64,000 nucleotides of DNA from assembly GCA_963845725.1 (NCBI GenBank), contig CAWJTC010000008.1, positions 2,159-66,158 of the forward strand. Reading direction: 5' to 3'. A program made the position numbers and the translations under genes. How positions within the stretch are numbered: position 1 is the first letter of the stretch; each line of letters starts with the position of its first letter. Origin of the DNA: an uncultured Acidobacteriota bacterium. Its GTDB lineage: Bacteria > Acidobacteriota > Terriglobia > Terriglobales > Acidobacteriaceae. The notes under the pieces are model-generated. The model had not been told where the DNA came from. It was given only the letters and a program-made list of their open reading frames with translations, and did not search any database. Below are positions 1 to 10,635 of the stretch, piece by piece.

Positions 1-1284
1 GGCTTTGGTATCGGTCTGAATGGCTTCGATTTTGCGGCTGATGTCTTCGGTGGCCTTGGCGGTTTCTTTGGCCAGTTCTTTGACTTCGTTGGCCACCACG
101 GCGAAACCCTTGCCGGCTTCTCCGGCGCGGGCGGCTTCGATGGTGGCGTTCAGCGCCAGCAGGTTGGTTTGCTGCGCGATGGAGGTGATGACTTTGATGA
201 CCTGTCCGATTTCGGTGCAGGAATCGCCCAGCTTGGAAACAGTCGCGGTGGTGGTTTCGGCGACCTTGACGGCGCCGGTGGCGACTTTGGCGGCTTCGGT
301 GGCGTTCTTGGCGATTTCTTTGATGGTGGCTGCCCATCTCTTCGGCGCCGGTGGCGACGGTTTGAAGATTCTGGCTGACTTGCTCGGTCGGCGTCGGAAA
401 CCACTTTGGCTTGCGCCGAAGTTTCCTCCGAATTTGCGGAAATCTGCTGGCTGGTGCTGGATAGCGTGGCACTTGCGCCGGCCACCCCCTGGGTAGTCTG
501 GGTAATCTGGCCCAGGATGTCGTGTACTTTTTCGACAAACAGGTTCAGACATTTTCCCAAATCCCCGATCTCGTCGCGGCGGTCTTGGTCCACCCGGGAG
601 GTCAGATCATTGGCATCGGCCATAGCCTTGAACCTGGTGGAGAACGAATCCAACGGCCGGGTGATGCTGAGAGTAATGCGGGTAGCCACGACCAGCAGGA
701 GCAGCAAGGAGAGCCCGCACATTATTAACAAGGCGCGGGTGGCCCTGGTGGCTTTACTGGCGGCGCTCAACTCGGTTTCCTTCGCACTTTTTGCCAGTTG
801 GTCGCTGGTTTCCTCGATCTTGCCCTGAAGGTCCTTGTACAGCCCCAAGTATGGGCCGAGCAGGCTGGGGGCAGTGCGGGGCTGTGCACGATTGCATCGA
901 TCAGTGCTTCTCCGGCAGCCAGGTATTGAGCGCTTAATTTCATTTCATCGTCGAGCATTGTCTGGCTGGCCGGATCGAAGGCGAAGGACCGCGCTTTGGC
1001 GATGCGGTCTTGCAGGAGCTTGCAGTGCTGCCCGAACTCTTCGATCTTGTTCTGTTGTTCATCCCCTTTTTCGGTGAACACCGCGGAGGCATCGGCCCGG
1101 GTCAGGTCGTTATAGACGCCGGCCTCAATGTGGTTGCGGATGGCCGAGCCGGTGGCTCGCCACTTCGAGCGCCGCTTTTCTCGACGGTAGCGATCCCCCA
1201 GTATCCGGTGGCGCTGACGCCGGCCACGAAGACGAGTCCGCTCACCATCAGCCCGAACAGCTTCGTCTTGATCGTCCATTGCAT
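1..1284 (-). pseudogene. Methyl-accepting chemotaxis protein (helical sensor, HAMP, MA signalling domain). The 3' end runs off the window and the frame is broken at least 4 times.
   Basis: ATG at 1284 (MQWTIKTKLFGLMVSGLVFVAG, TM1). The sensor continues in ORF 767-1309. TM2, HAMP and [16 protein letters not shown] lie in ORF 150-848. [30 protein letters not shown] and [20 protein letters not shown] are readable only after further frame switches near 397 and 335. Confidence 0.8.
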
Positions 1285-1321
1285 CGGAAAAGCCGTTCTG
1301 GCGCCGCAATTCTTGTCTCGC

Positions 1322-1844
1322 CTACATCTTGAGTTTGTAATCCGGGTCGGCTGGCGGTAGCGCCGTCGACTTTCACTGCTTTCACGCGAAGTGTCGCTCG
1401 ACGGAAATCGCTCGCTTTCACGAAGCCAATGCCGCCGGGAGAAGCCGGCCACGAAACTCTTCAACGCGCCCGCGCTGCAGACTTCTTTCGGCGGCGTCGC
1501 CGACTTGCCGCTGAACGCGGCCGGCAAGAAAATACTTGCTCAATTCCGCATCGTTCATGCCGCAGACAATTTTCAGAAAGGCGGTTCGTTCCGGAGCGCC
1601 GGCAGCGAGCATGGCCGGAGCCACGGCTTTTCCCGTGTCCCAGCGGCTGCGGTCGGACAAGAACAGCTTTTTCAATTCGCCGAGGCTCAGGTTGTCGACT
1701 GGATTCGCCGGGTTCACGATGACGACGATGGACTCGCCGGCGGCCGACGGCCGGGCGAGTCGTGAGCGTCAGCACATGATGCAGGTCAGGGCCAGAGATC
1801 GCGACCGCAGAGAATATAACGGCAATGCTGTTGTTTTTCTTCAT
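1322..1844 (-). pseudogene. Small periplasmic substrate-binding (PstS/PBP-like) domain protein, multiply frameshifted
   Basis: Signal peptide MKKNNSIAVIFSAVAISG (ORF 1461-1844). IVVIVNPANPVDNLSLGELKKLF is in ORF 1418-1717, AAFSGKSATPPKEVCSAGALKSFVAGF in ORF 1102-1527, and PGGIGFVKASDF...VKVDG in a further frame. Stop at 1322. Confidence 0.55.
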
Positions 1845-1892
1845 CGCGGTCTCCGTCAGAAGGTGAATGCCACCTGTGAGGTCAGGCCATTT

Positions 1893-3168
1893 TCACGTGG
1901 GCAGACCGCCGCTCAAAGAGATGCGGTCATACTGCAACTTGAGCGCCGAGTGTTCGGTGAAGTCCCAGCGAATTCCAGCCGAAGGACCGTTGAGTCTGCC
2001 CACGAATCCCGTGACAGCGGGCGGCGCGATAATCGTTCGGGCTGGCGAAGACGTAGACAGGATCGTCGCTGGGAGCGTTGAAGTACTGGTAGCGAAAGTA
2101 CGGGCGATAGGCCGTGGAACGCCCGCGAAAACTGGGTGTAGAAGGCGCCGGTATTGAAAACTGGCCCGCCGGCCTCGGCGTGCCTTACCAGCACGCCTTC
2201 GTTGAGGATCTCGTATTTGCTGTTGATGAAGACGGCGTGAACGGTGGCGATGGTTTCGCCCACCGCCGGGCCCGGGATAGGAGACGATTGTCATGGCGAA
2301 GGGAAAATCCCGATTTGCAGTCCGGAGAATTCTTCCGGCCGCACGAACAGGCCGCCGTTGATCGACTTGCTGTTATTTGCATCCTGATTGTTCTGCGCCG
2401 GCTCCGCATCCGTTCCCCAGGCCCGGCCGTTGCCCACCTCCACCACATAGTTCAATCCCAGTTTTCCGGAAGGAATCTTGCCGGTCACGTTCACGCCAAC
2501 TATCCTGCATGGGCAGGACCCCGCCCTCATCGTCGAAGGCGTACATGAACGGGCGGTCGGTCGTGGTTTCCAGGAACTCGCCCTTGTTGAAGGCGGTGTT
2601 GTAGTAGCCGACCCAGGTGTGATAACGGCCGATCGATGCCGTGAAGTAGTCGCTTTGCCGGTACTGCAATAACAGCCTCTCGACGTCGACCCGAATGGTG
2701 TTATCGCTTTGCGCAATGAACAGCACTTCTCCCAGAGTGGAGACTTTGTCCGAGAGGCGGGCCGTCATGAACAGGTCCAGCGAGCCGAAATGAAACGTAT
2801 CGGGAATGTGGTTGTACATCCCTGGTTCCCACGTCGCCGAAAACGTTGAGCTGCAGCCGCGGCGCGACCTCATTCACCTCTGGTGACCTTCGACGGGCTG
2901 CGTCCGGCTCGGGCCGGGCGCGGCTGCCGGGGCCGCGGCGGGGGAGCCGGAGACTGCCGTCGCCACGCGTCCTTCTGCTTGAGTTGCTTGACTTCGTCTT
3001 CCAGTTCCTGCACCCGCTGCGACGAGTTGCTGGTTAACCTCTCCTGACTTGCGGGACGCTGGCGGCTTGCTGTGCAGAGCGACTGGAACCGCCGAGCAAC
3101 ACAGAGCAGGCTGGCAGAAGAAACAACGAATTCAGCCTGTAGTTGAAAACTGAAGAGGCGCTTTTCAT
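1893..3168 (-). pseudogene. Outer-membrane porin-like beta-barrel protein with an N-terminal coiled-coil segment, multiply frameshifted
   Basis: ATG at 3168 preceded by GAGAGGAAA. Signal peptide MKSASSVFNYRLNSLFLLPACSVLLG. The coiled-coil QRVQELEDEVKQLKQK lies in another frame. Beta-strand-rich pieces are spread over ORFs 2373-2873, 2291-2716, 1913-2263 and 1893-2294. Confidence 0.5.
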
Positions 3169-3387
3169 ATTTTTCCTCTCCGGCACTGGCGTTAGGTTGT
3201 CCAGGTATCGTGCGGTGTCCACGGCCAAGCACAGCTCTTCTAGTGCGGCAGTGTCGGAATGCAGCCCATTAGCTGGATGTAGAAATAAGGGAAGAACAAC
3301 CCAAGGAGTTGACGGAAAATGCCGAGCCGAAGGACTGAGAACGGCTGCGCACAACCGCCGGCCGTCTTAAGTACCGGTCGTGAGCCG

Positions 3388-4605
3388 TCATGGTCCCGCG
3401 ATGGCGGCCATGACTGCGGCGGGTACTCCGCGGCTGGAGCTCGCGGTGCTATTGATCTTGAATTGCTCGACCAGACGCCGCAGCTCGGCGGAGGTTTCGA
3501 CCAACTGCTGCGCCGCCTTCTGAGTGTCACCCGCGCCGCGCGAGGTGCTCTCCGCCGCCTGCGCCACGCCTGAGATGTTGCTGGTGATTTCGCCGCTGCC
3601 TTGCGCCGCCTCGCTCACGTTTCGCGCCATTTCGTTGGTGGTGGCGTTCTGCTCTTCCACCGCGGTGGCGATAGTGTTGGAGATTCCATTGATCTGATTG
3701 ATCACTTCGCTGATCGAGGCGATGGCATCCACGGCCGCTTTGGTGTCGGTCTGAATCGCTTCGATTTTCCGGCTGATGTCTTCGGTAGCTTTGGCGGTTT
3801 CTTTGGCCAGTTCTTTTACTTCGTTGGCGACAACGGCGAAGCCTTTGCCGGCTTCTCCGGCGCGTGCGGCTTCGATGGTGGCATTCAACGCCAGCAGGTT
3901 GGTTTGCTGCGCGATCGAGGTGATGACTTTGATGACCTGTCCGATCTCGTTCGATGAATCGCCCAGCTTGGAGACAGTGGTGGTAGTGTGTTTCGGCGAC
4001 TTTAACTGCGGAGGTGGCGATCTTGGCGGCTTCGCTGGCGTTCTTGGCGATCTCCTTGATGCTGACTGCCCATTTCCTCCGCGCCGGTAGCGACGGTCTG
4101 CAGATTCTGGCTGACCTGCGCGTGGCGTTGGAGACTATCTTCGCCTGGGCGGAGGTCTCCTCGGAGTTGGCGGTGATCTGCTGGCTGGTGTTGGAAAGCT
4201 TCCTCGCTGGCGGCGGCCACATGGATGGAATTCTGCGGTGATTGCAGCGAATCATGTTCTTCAAGCTGCCACTCATTTTGTTGATGGCCAGGGTGAGGTC
4301 GCCGAGTTCATCCTTGCTGCGGATTTCCATGTCTTTGCGGGTTAGGTTGCCGGCGGCATGGCTTCCGCTCTGGGCCAAGACAGCCTGGGTGGCGACGGAG
4401 ATGGTGCGGCCAGGAAAATGGCCACGAAAATACCAAGCCCAGGGCGCAGAACATTAGTGATCGCCATGGTCAGATTCAGCGAACTGGTCTCGCGTGCAGG
4501 TCTGCTTGCGTGCATCTTAACCAACTGTTCGGCGAAGGAATCTGCCATTGGTCGAGCGGCTGCCTTAATTGCCTCGGTGACGCAGTAGCCTTGTCGCGAA
4601 TTCAT
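3388..4605 (-). pseudogene. Methyl-accepting chemotaxis protein (short N-terminus, TM, HAMP, MA domain), about 6 frame switches
   Basis: N-terminus and TM in ORF 4342-4605. HAMP (ISVATQAVLAQSGSHAAGNLTRKDMEIRSKDELGDLTLAINKM) is reached by a shift near 4398. IHVAAASEE / [20 protein letters not shown] / [19 protein letters not shown] / [25 protein letters not shown] alternate between two frames. The intact C-terminal half ([27 protein letters not shown]...) is ORF 3388-3888. Confidence 0.85.
3736..4195. repeat. Dispersed paralogous repeat: the MA-domain DNA of MCP 2 is roughly 90 percent identical (by eye) to window positions about 1-455 (MCP 1)
   Basis: Direct comparison, e.g. 2-120 versus 3737-3855. 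The antisense ORFs 20-496 and 3776-4090 translate almost identically ([36 protein letters not shown]). Confidence 0.85.
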
Positions 4606-5069
4606 CTCCTCCTTTTACAACTGGCATCACGGTCCACCGCCTGGCCGCCAGTGTTCATGCCGCTTCCTGCGGTGCACGCAGCGTAAAGACTAGTTGCTTC
4701 TTCGAACGCTCGGCTCAATTCCTTCAGGGTTGCCGCGACGCACCCATTTGCGCAGCTCATTCATTGCTGCAACTTCCTTCTCCGATGTCCGTCCTAAGAT
4801 TCGCTCGAACGGCGTTCTCGTCGCCTCATGATGAACCGGGTTCCATCCCGCCAGAACTTGACCTGGCAGCCTGTTCGTGTCTGATTCACGGTTCTCATTC
4901 ACCTTGGAAAGATCTCAACGATGGAGAACACTCCGAGGTAATGATCACTGGCTTTGCCCAATGGCGCCGCTTTTATCGATAGCTCAAATCGTGAACAGCT
5001 AAAGAGCTCCTAAGATTGAGGACAAATGGGATAAACCCAACCCCAATTTCTTCGCCATAGAGGACGGTT

Positions 5070-5612
5070 TCACTTTAACCGCGCTAGACGCGAGCATGGG
5101 GATGCAAATGCAGGATTGTTTTCGGGGCATTGTCTTATTCTGCGTACTGCCCTGCGGATGCGGTTTCCTCCGTCATCTGGCAGGCCTTGTTCGGTGTCCA
5201 GCACCAGCATGAGCCGGTCGTTCAGTTTGTGCACTCCGGTAATCATGGTGCGGATGCGTGCCGCGCAGCGTTTCCGGCGGGCGCTCGAAGGTGCTTCCTC
5301 GACTTCGACCACGTCGCCGATTTCATCCACCAGCAGACTGACGGCGCCATCATCGGAGCGGACCACCACATTCATGGCCGAGCATACCGGCCGGCCGTGG
5401 CATCCAGTTCCAGCCGCCGCCGCAGGTCCACCGCGGTGACAATCTGGCCGCGCAGGTTGATCAGGCCGCTGACCACGCTCGGGCGCCAGCGGAACCTGGG
5501 TGATGTCGAGCGAGCGAATTACTTCCTGGACGCCCTTGAGTTCCACCCCGAACAGCAGCTTATCCAGATAGAAGGTGCAGAACTGTGAGAGTCGGCATGG
5601 CTTAATGTGCAA
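5070..5612 (-). pseudogene. cheW: CheW coupling protein with a double frameshift through the conserved core
   Basis: LSQFCTFYLDKLLFGVELKGVQEVIRSLDITQVPLAP and NVVVRSDDGAVSLLVDEIGDVVEV are in the ORF frame. The canonical SVVSGLINLRGQIVTAVDLRRRLEL stretch between them reads only in another frame (about 5400-5480). Confidence 0.75.
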
Positions 5613-5639
5613 CCCCTGGGCCGCGTGCCGCGGCGGCGT

Positions 5640-8102
5640 CCGGCTGCGCCGCCGAATGGCGGCAGCGTCTTAAGAATGGCTGGGATATCGAGCAATTCCG
5701 TTACCCGGTCGCCGATGACGACGGAATAGAGAACCGAATGCCCGGGTGGCTGCGGATTTCACATCGGCCCGGTCTTCGACAATGTCGAGGATTCTTTCCA
5801 CGACCAGCCCAAAGGTCCGGCCTTCATGGTTGCAGCACCAGCACCTGAAGCGGGCCGGAACTCGGCGGGGGCGGCGCTTGCAAGGCGCGCAGCCGGTTGC
5901 GGCGTTCCTCCATCACGACACTGCAGCCGGATCAAGGGCAGGATCTGCCCGCGATATTGCGTTACCCACTGGCTGCCCGACATTTCCACCTGGGTCACGG
6001 GGAAATTCCTCAAGCCGCGCCAGCGTGCTGAGAGGAATCGCCATGCGGGAATCGCCCAGACCGGCGAACAGAAGGAAAGTTTGTTTGTCTGTGCCCGCCG
6101 CCGATTCCTTGGGTTTTTTCAGCCATGGCGCGGTCGCGAGTTTCGCTGACCACATTGGCCCGTTGCGCCAGGCCCAGCACATCCAGGATGAGCGCTACTT
6201 TGCCGTCGCCCATGATGCTCGATCCGGCAAAAGTCTTGACCGTTTTGAGCTGCTTGCGCAGCGGCTTAACCACGATTTCCTCGGTGTCGTTGATCTGATC
6301 GACGACCAACCCGAATTGCCGGTCATCAGCCTGCAGGACCACGATGTTGACGGCAGCGTCGTGTCAGTCTTGGTCGCGTCTGCGGGCTAGATTCAATTCC
6401 GCGTTAAGGTAAACCAGAGGCAGCAGCCGGCCGCGCAGCCGGTACACCGGAGCCCCATGCACCATCTCAATCGCGGTGCGCGCTTCGTCGGCCTCCAGCC
6501 GCACCAGTTCGAGCAAGCTCACCTGGGGAATGGCATAGCGATCCCCGCCGCAGGTGACAACCAGCGCCGGAATGATGGCCAGGGTAAAGGGAATCTTGAC
6601 CCGAACAGTGGTGCCGCGGCCCGGCGACGATTGCACATCCACCACGCCGCCGATTTTCTCGACATTGGTTTTCACTACGTCCATGCCCACGCCGCGGCCG
6701 GAGACGTTGGTCACTTTCTCGGCGGTGGAAAATCCTGGCAAGAAGATCAGGTTGAATATCTCGCGATCAGGCATGCGCGCGGCTTGTTCGCCGGTAACCA
6801 TGCCACGATCGATCGCTTTTTGACGTATGCGCTCGCGGTTCAGTCCGGCTCCGTCATCGCTGATTTCGATATTGACCTGCCCACCCTCATGAAAAGCTCG
6901 GAGAATCAGCCGGCCGACTCGGTTTTTTCCGGCTTTCACGCGATCATCCGGGAAGCTCGATGCCATGGTCCACGGAGTTGCGCACCAGGTGGGTGAGTGG
7001 ATCTTTAATCGCCTCGATAATGGTCTTGTCGAGTTCGGTTTCTTTTCCCTCCATTTCAATGGCCACTTCCTTGTGACAACCGAGGGCGACATCGCGCACC
7101 GTGCGAGGGAATTGCCCCCAGATGTTCCCGATAGGTTGCATGCGGGTCTTCATGACCTCTTCCTGCAATTCGGTGGCGATAAGATCCATGCGCTGCGAGA
7201 CGGCCTGCAGACTGATGTCTTCCGAGGTATTGGCGAATTGCAGAAGCTGGTTGCGGGCCAAGCACCAGCTCGCCCACCAGCGTCATCAGTTTGTCCAGCA
7301 GGTTGACACCTACGCGAATCGTTTCAGGTGTCGTGCTTTCGCGCGGCTTGGCCTCCAGAATCTGCTGGGCTGCGAGAACGTCTTCCGGTTTAGCCAATCC
7401 CAGGGCCACGAGAATCTCGCCCAATCGCCGGCGGTCGCCGCGTTCCTGTTCTTCGAGGGCACGCGCGATGTCGTCCGCCTGCACCACTCCACGCTCCACC
7501 AGCAGACCGCCGATTTTTCCGCGGGAAGGTTTTCGGGGTGCGCCGCCACTGCTCTTTCGAGGCTCAGCGGCCGCCTCAACCGCCGCTGGCAGGATGACGG
7601 CCGACGGTGGAGTTTCCCTTGCAAGTGCGGTGGCAGGGGCTGCGGGCATGGCCAGCTTGGCGTCGGCCGCAACGGGCGTGGAGGCCGGGGCTTGGCCAGT
7701 GCTTCCTGCGGCAGAAGTTTGCAGCCGAGTCAGGGTTTCCCGCAACTCCGGATAATCGGCATCTCCGTCCTGGCCAGTCGATTCGATTTCCTTCAGCATC
7801 TGCCGGACAGCATCCACCATTCCGAGCAACGCGGTCGTGATCTCCGGATTAAGGATCAGCTGGCCATCGCGCAAACGGGTCAGCAGGTTTTCTCCGACAT
7901 GCGCGACTTTTTCGAGTTTGTTGAAGCCCAGAAAGCCGCAAGTTCCCTTGATGGTGTGAATGGTGCGAAAAACGCCGGCCAGCGCGTCTTTATCCTGCGG
8001 GTTTTTCTCGAGGCCCACCAGATCCCGATCCAGGCGGTCAAGGTTTTCGTAACTTTCGACCAGAAAGTCCTTGACGATGTCGCTCTCGCTCATCGGTGCC
8101 AT
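5640..8102 (-). pseudogene. cheA: CheA histidine kinase (Hpt, dimerisation, HATPase, CheW-like domains), at least 5 frame switches; 3' end approximate
   Basis: ATG at 8102 after GGGAAGGA. Hpt motif FRTIHTIKGTCGFLGF (ORF 7056-8102). DPLTHLVRNSVDHGIE (ORF 6944-7261). DDGAGL and GRGVGMDVV (ORF 6364-7092). CheW-like domain fragments in ORFs 6010-6342, 5913-6182 and 5759-6013. Confidence 0.85.
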
Positions 8103-8382
8103 TCCTTCCCAATTTGGGAGCGGTTCAGCGGGAGCGTGAAGCTATTGATCGTTACCGGCCTCCTTTGCGCCGCTTGAAGAGAACTCTTCTGATGGAGGTA
8201 AGGTTTCATGTCGTAAAACGCGAGCGTTCGGCCTCTTTAATCTCATCGTCGGTTCGGAGATTTTCATTAGCGGATTATCTCGTTGGGGCGAAGCGGCGCG
8301 TGGCTCCGACAATGAGAGAAAGAGTGGAAGGAGATTTCGAGCTTGCTGGGTGGTTTAGACTGGAGCTACCTCGCCATGGGCA

Positions 8383-9348
8383 TCAACTACTCTTCCCCGG
8401 CAAGGTCCCTTTCCCCAGCAAGTTCCATTGCTGACGCAGAAAGTTGAGCAGGCCGACGCGGTCGCGGAAGGCTTCCGTGCCTCCCTCTTTAGTCACGGAG
8501 TACGCGGCGGCGATGTTGGCGAAGGCCAGGCAGTCCTCGAGTTTCGCCCCGAGCAAGTAGAGGTGAACGAAACCGGCATCGAAGGTGTCACCGGCGCCGA
8601 CATCGTCGACCATCTTGACTGCCGGCGGCGACAGGCTCCACTGCTCGTCGCCGGACCGGCATATGGCTGCGCTCGAGCCACGTTTCACGACTACTACCTT
8701 ACAGATGCCAGCAAGAAGATTGAGGGCCTGCGACAAGTCCGTCGTGTGGGCGATTTTCTTGGCCTCACGGTCATTGGGAAAAAAGAGGTCGACGTATTTC
8801 AGCACTTCGATCAGGTCCTGCCCAAATTTATCTTCCGGATCGTCGTTGGTGTCGAGCGAAGTGGTGAGGCCCGCACTCTTGGCTTGGCGGAAAAGCTCGA
8901 GGATTCGCGGACGAAGTGCCCGGTGCAAAAAGAAAGAGGAAAGGTGCAGGTGACGAGCTTGGCGGACATAATCCATGTCGATGTCGGAATACTGCATCTC
9001 GAACATGGTACCGGGGTACGTCAGAATGTAGCGATGCTGAGGGTAGGGGATTGCGACCGTAAGCCCGGTGGATGTCTTGGTGGTTCCGCGCTGCATCCGG
9101 GTAATATCGACACCTACGGCGGATAATCGCTCCGCCGCGATCTTTCCAAGCGGGTCGGCTCCGATTTTCGATACAAAGCCGACTTGCGTGCCCAGCGCAC
9201 ACAAGTTGTGGGCGAAGATCGCTGAGGAACTCCCTAAAGTCAACGACAGGCCGCTCGCCAGGTGTTCGCGGTCGAGCACCAGGTCTTTGGGCAAGCCGTA
9301 CAGGATGAGATCCAGGTTAAGCTCGCCAACGACACAGACCTCAATCAT
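8383..9348 (-). CDS. PfkB-family sugar/sugar-phosphate kinase (candidate tagatose-6-phosphate or related kinase)
   Basis: Intact 321-aa ORF with the ribokinase/PfkB C-terminal motif DDVGAGDTFDAGFV. Tight same-strand spacing with the SIS gene. Confidence 0.8.
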   Translation of the reverse strand: MIEVCVVGELNLDLILYGLPKDLVLDREHLASGLSLTLGSSSAIFAHNLCALGTQVGFVSKIGADPLGKIAAERLSAVGVDITRMQRGTTKTSTGLTVAIPYPQHRYILTYPGTMFEMQYSDIDMDYVRQARHLHLSSFFLHRALRPRILELFRQAKSAGLTTSLDTNDDPEDKFGQDLIEVLKYVDLFFPNDREAKKIAHTTDLSQALNLLAGICKVVVVKRGSSAAICRSGDEQWSLSPPAVKMVDDVGAGDTFDAGFVHLYLLGAKLEDCLAFANIAAAYSVTKEGGTEAFRDRVGLLNFLRQQWNLLGKGTLPGKSS

Positions 9349-9396
9349 CCGAAGATTCCTTTCGCACGGTACTGTACGCCGCAGCGCAATGTCCTA

Positions 9397-10590
9397 TCAC
9401 AAATGAATGGTGACATTCTGCACCACACGACTGATGGCGCCGTTGGGACTGGGACAATCGGGCCGGAGATTGCATCGCAGCGAGAAAAACATGCCCAGCA
9501 ATTGGCCGAAGATGACGTCCAACGGCGGACGGTAGTCATCCGCAATCGTGAATTGGACAGCCGGCGCGAGATAGTGCTCTGCGAAGGACTGGCTCCCTGG
9601 GGCTTGGCTCGCAGCGATGACGACTCGGCTCTTCACCAGCCGCTTGCTCCCAATCTCCTCCAGCAAATCCCGCTCATACTCCTGAACCTGCCGGCTGCTT
9701 GAAAGGAAGCACACGAAGAGGGTGTCTTGGTCCAGTGCGGCCATAGGGCCATGGCGCAAGCCCAAGGGTGACTCTGAGGTGGTCAGGATTTTGCCGGCCG
9801 TCAGCTCCAGCAGCTTGAGTGCGGATTCCCTGGCAACTGCTCTCAGCGGTCCTGATCCGACGAAACAAGCCTTGGTAAAGGTCTCCCTGGCCAAGGCAGC
9901 AGCGCAATCGGCAGCTGTCGGTAAAAGGCTCTTCCCAGACTGCACCAACTGCATCAGAACCTGGTCGTATGGGGTGGGATCCTCGACGCAGGCCAGGCAT
10001 TGCCCGAAAACAATCATGTTCGAAAACGAACTGGTCATGGCCAGGCCGCGGTCGTTCACAGCATCGTCCAAGCAGATGCCGAGAACCTGAGGTTTGCCAG
10101 CGTACTCAAGGATCATTCTCCCATTGGCATTGCAGGAGACAATCAGGTGATGAATGTCCGGTCGGTTGCGACAGGCATGTTGCAACACCGCAACCCCTTC
10201 CGGACTATCGCCAGAACGGGAGAAAGAAATCCAGAGATATCTCTGCCGAGGAGTGACCAGGTCGTCGAAGTGGGTCAGCAGATCCGTACTTGGAATCGCG
10301 ATGACGTCGCACTCCCAAGCTTTGTGCAGCAGGTAAACGAGGGACTGCCCGATGTAATCCGAAGTTCCAGCGCCTATGAGAAAGACCGATGGCCTGGGCC
10401 CAAGGGCACTGCCCAGACCGGCTGCGCCCAGAAAGGCCTTGAGCTCGGGAGCCTTCCTCTTGAAGAGCTCGAAGGTGGACAGCCAGGTATGCGGCTGCTG
10501 AGCGATTTCGGCAGGAGTATGGACCAACCCAAGGGCCGTCTTCTCAGCGTCCGAAAGATTCAACAACGCAGAAAGTGCGTTCACAAACAT
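9397..10590 (-). CDS. agaS: Tandem-SIS-domain sugar-phosphate isomerase/deaminase, AgaS-like
   Basis: Intact 397-aa ORF with two SIS-like halves (GAGTSDYIG..., VGSGPLRAVARESALKLLELT). Length and N-terminus are typical of AgaS-type enzymes. Confidence 0.7.
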   Translation of the reverse strand: MFVNALSALLNLSDAEKTALGLVHTPAEIAQQPHTWLSTFELFKRKAPELKAFLGAAGLGSALGPRPSVFLIGAGTSDYIGQSLVYLLHKAWECDVIAIPSTDLLTHFDDLVTPRQRYLWISFSRSGDSPEGVAVLQHACRNRPDIHHLIVSCNANGRMILEYAGKPQVLGICLDDAVNDRGLAMTSSFSNMIVFGQCLACVEDPTPYDQVLMQLVQSGKSLLPTAADCAAALARETFTKACFVGSGPLRAVARESALKLLELTAGKILTTSESPLGLRHGPMAALDQDTLFVCFLSSSRQVQEYERDLLEEIGSKRLVKSRVVIAASQAPGSQSFAEHYLAPAVQFTIADDYRPPLDVIFGQLLGMFFSLRCNLRPDCPSPNGAISRVVQNVTIHL

Positions 10591-10635
10591 TTGCCCCTCA
10601 GGGCTTCTGCAGGAAGCGGATCGCGCCGGCTGTTA

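Noticed and set aside
4690-4902. 70-aa minus-strand ORF between cheW and MCP 2 (…WNPVHHEATRTPFERILGRTSEKEVAAMNELRKWV…); I wondered about a transposase or cheY/cheR fragment
   Set aside because: I could recognise no motif and there is no convincing start context. It lies in the heavily frameshifted block, so it may be a fragment of something unrecognisable. It is left unannotated.
7101-8177. Long antisense ORFs opposite real genes (e.g. 7101-8177+, 17257-18294+, 38282-39100+, 51393-52274+, 53522-54976+, 60010-60816+, 18903-19727-)
   Set aside because: These are typical GC-rich shadow ORFs. Their translations are Arg/Gly/His/Pro-rich with no recognisable motifs, and the opposite strand carries strongly recognisable proteins.
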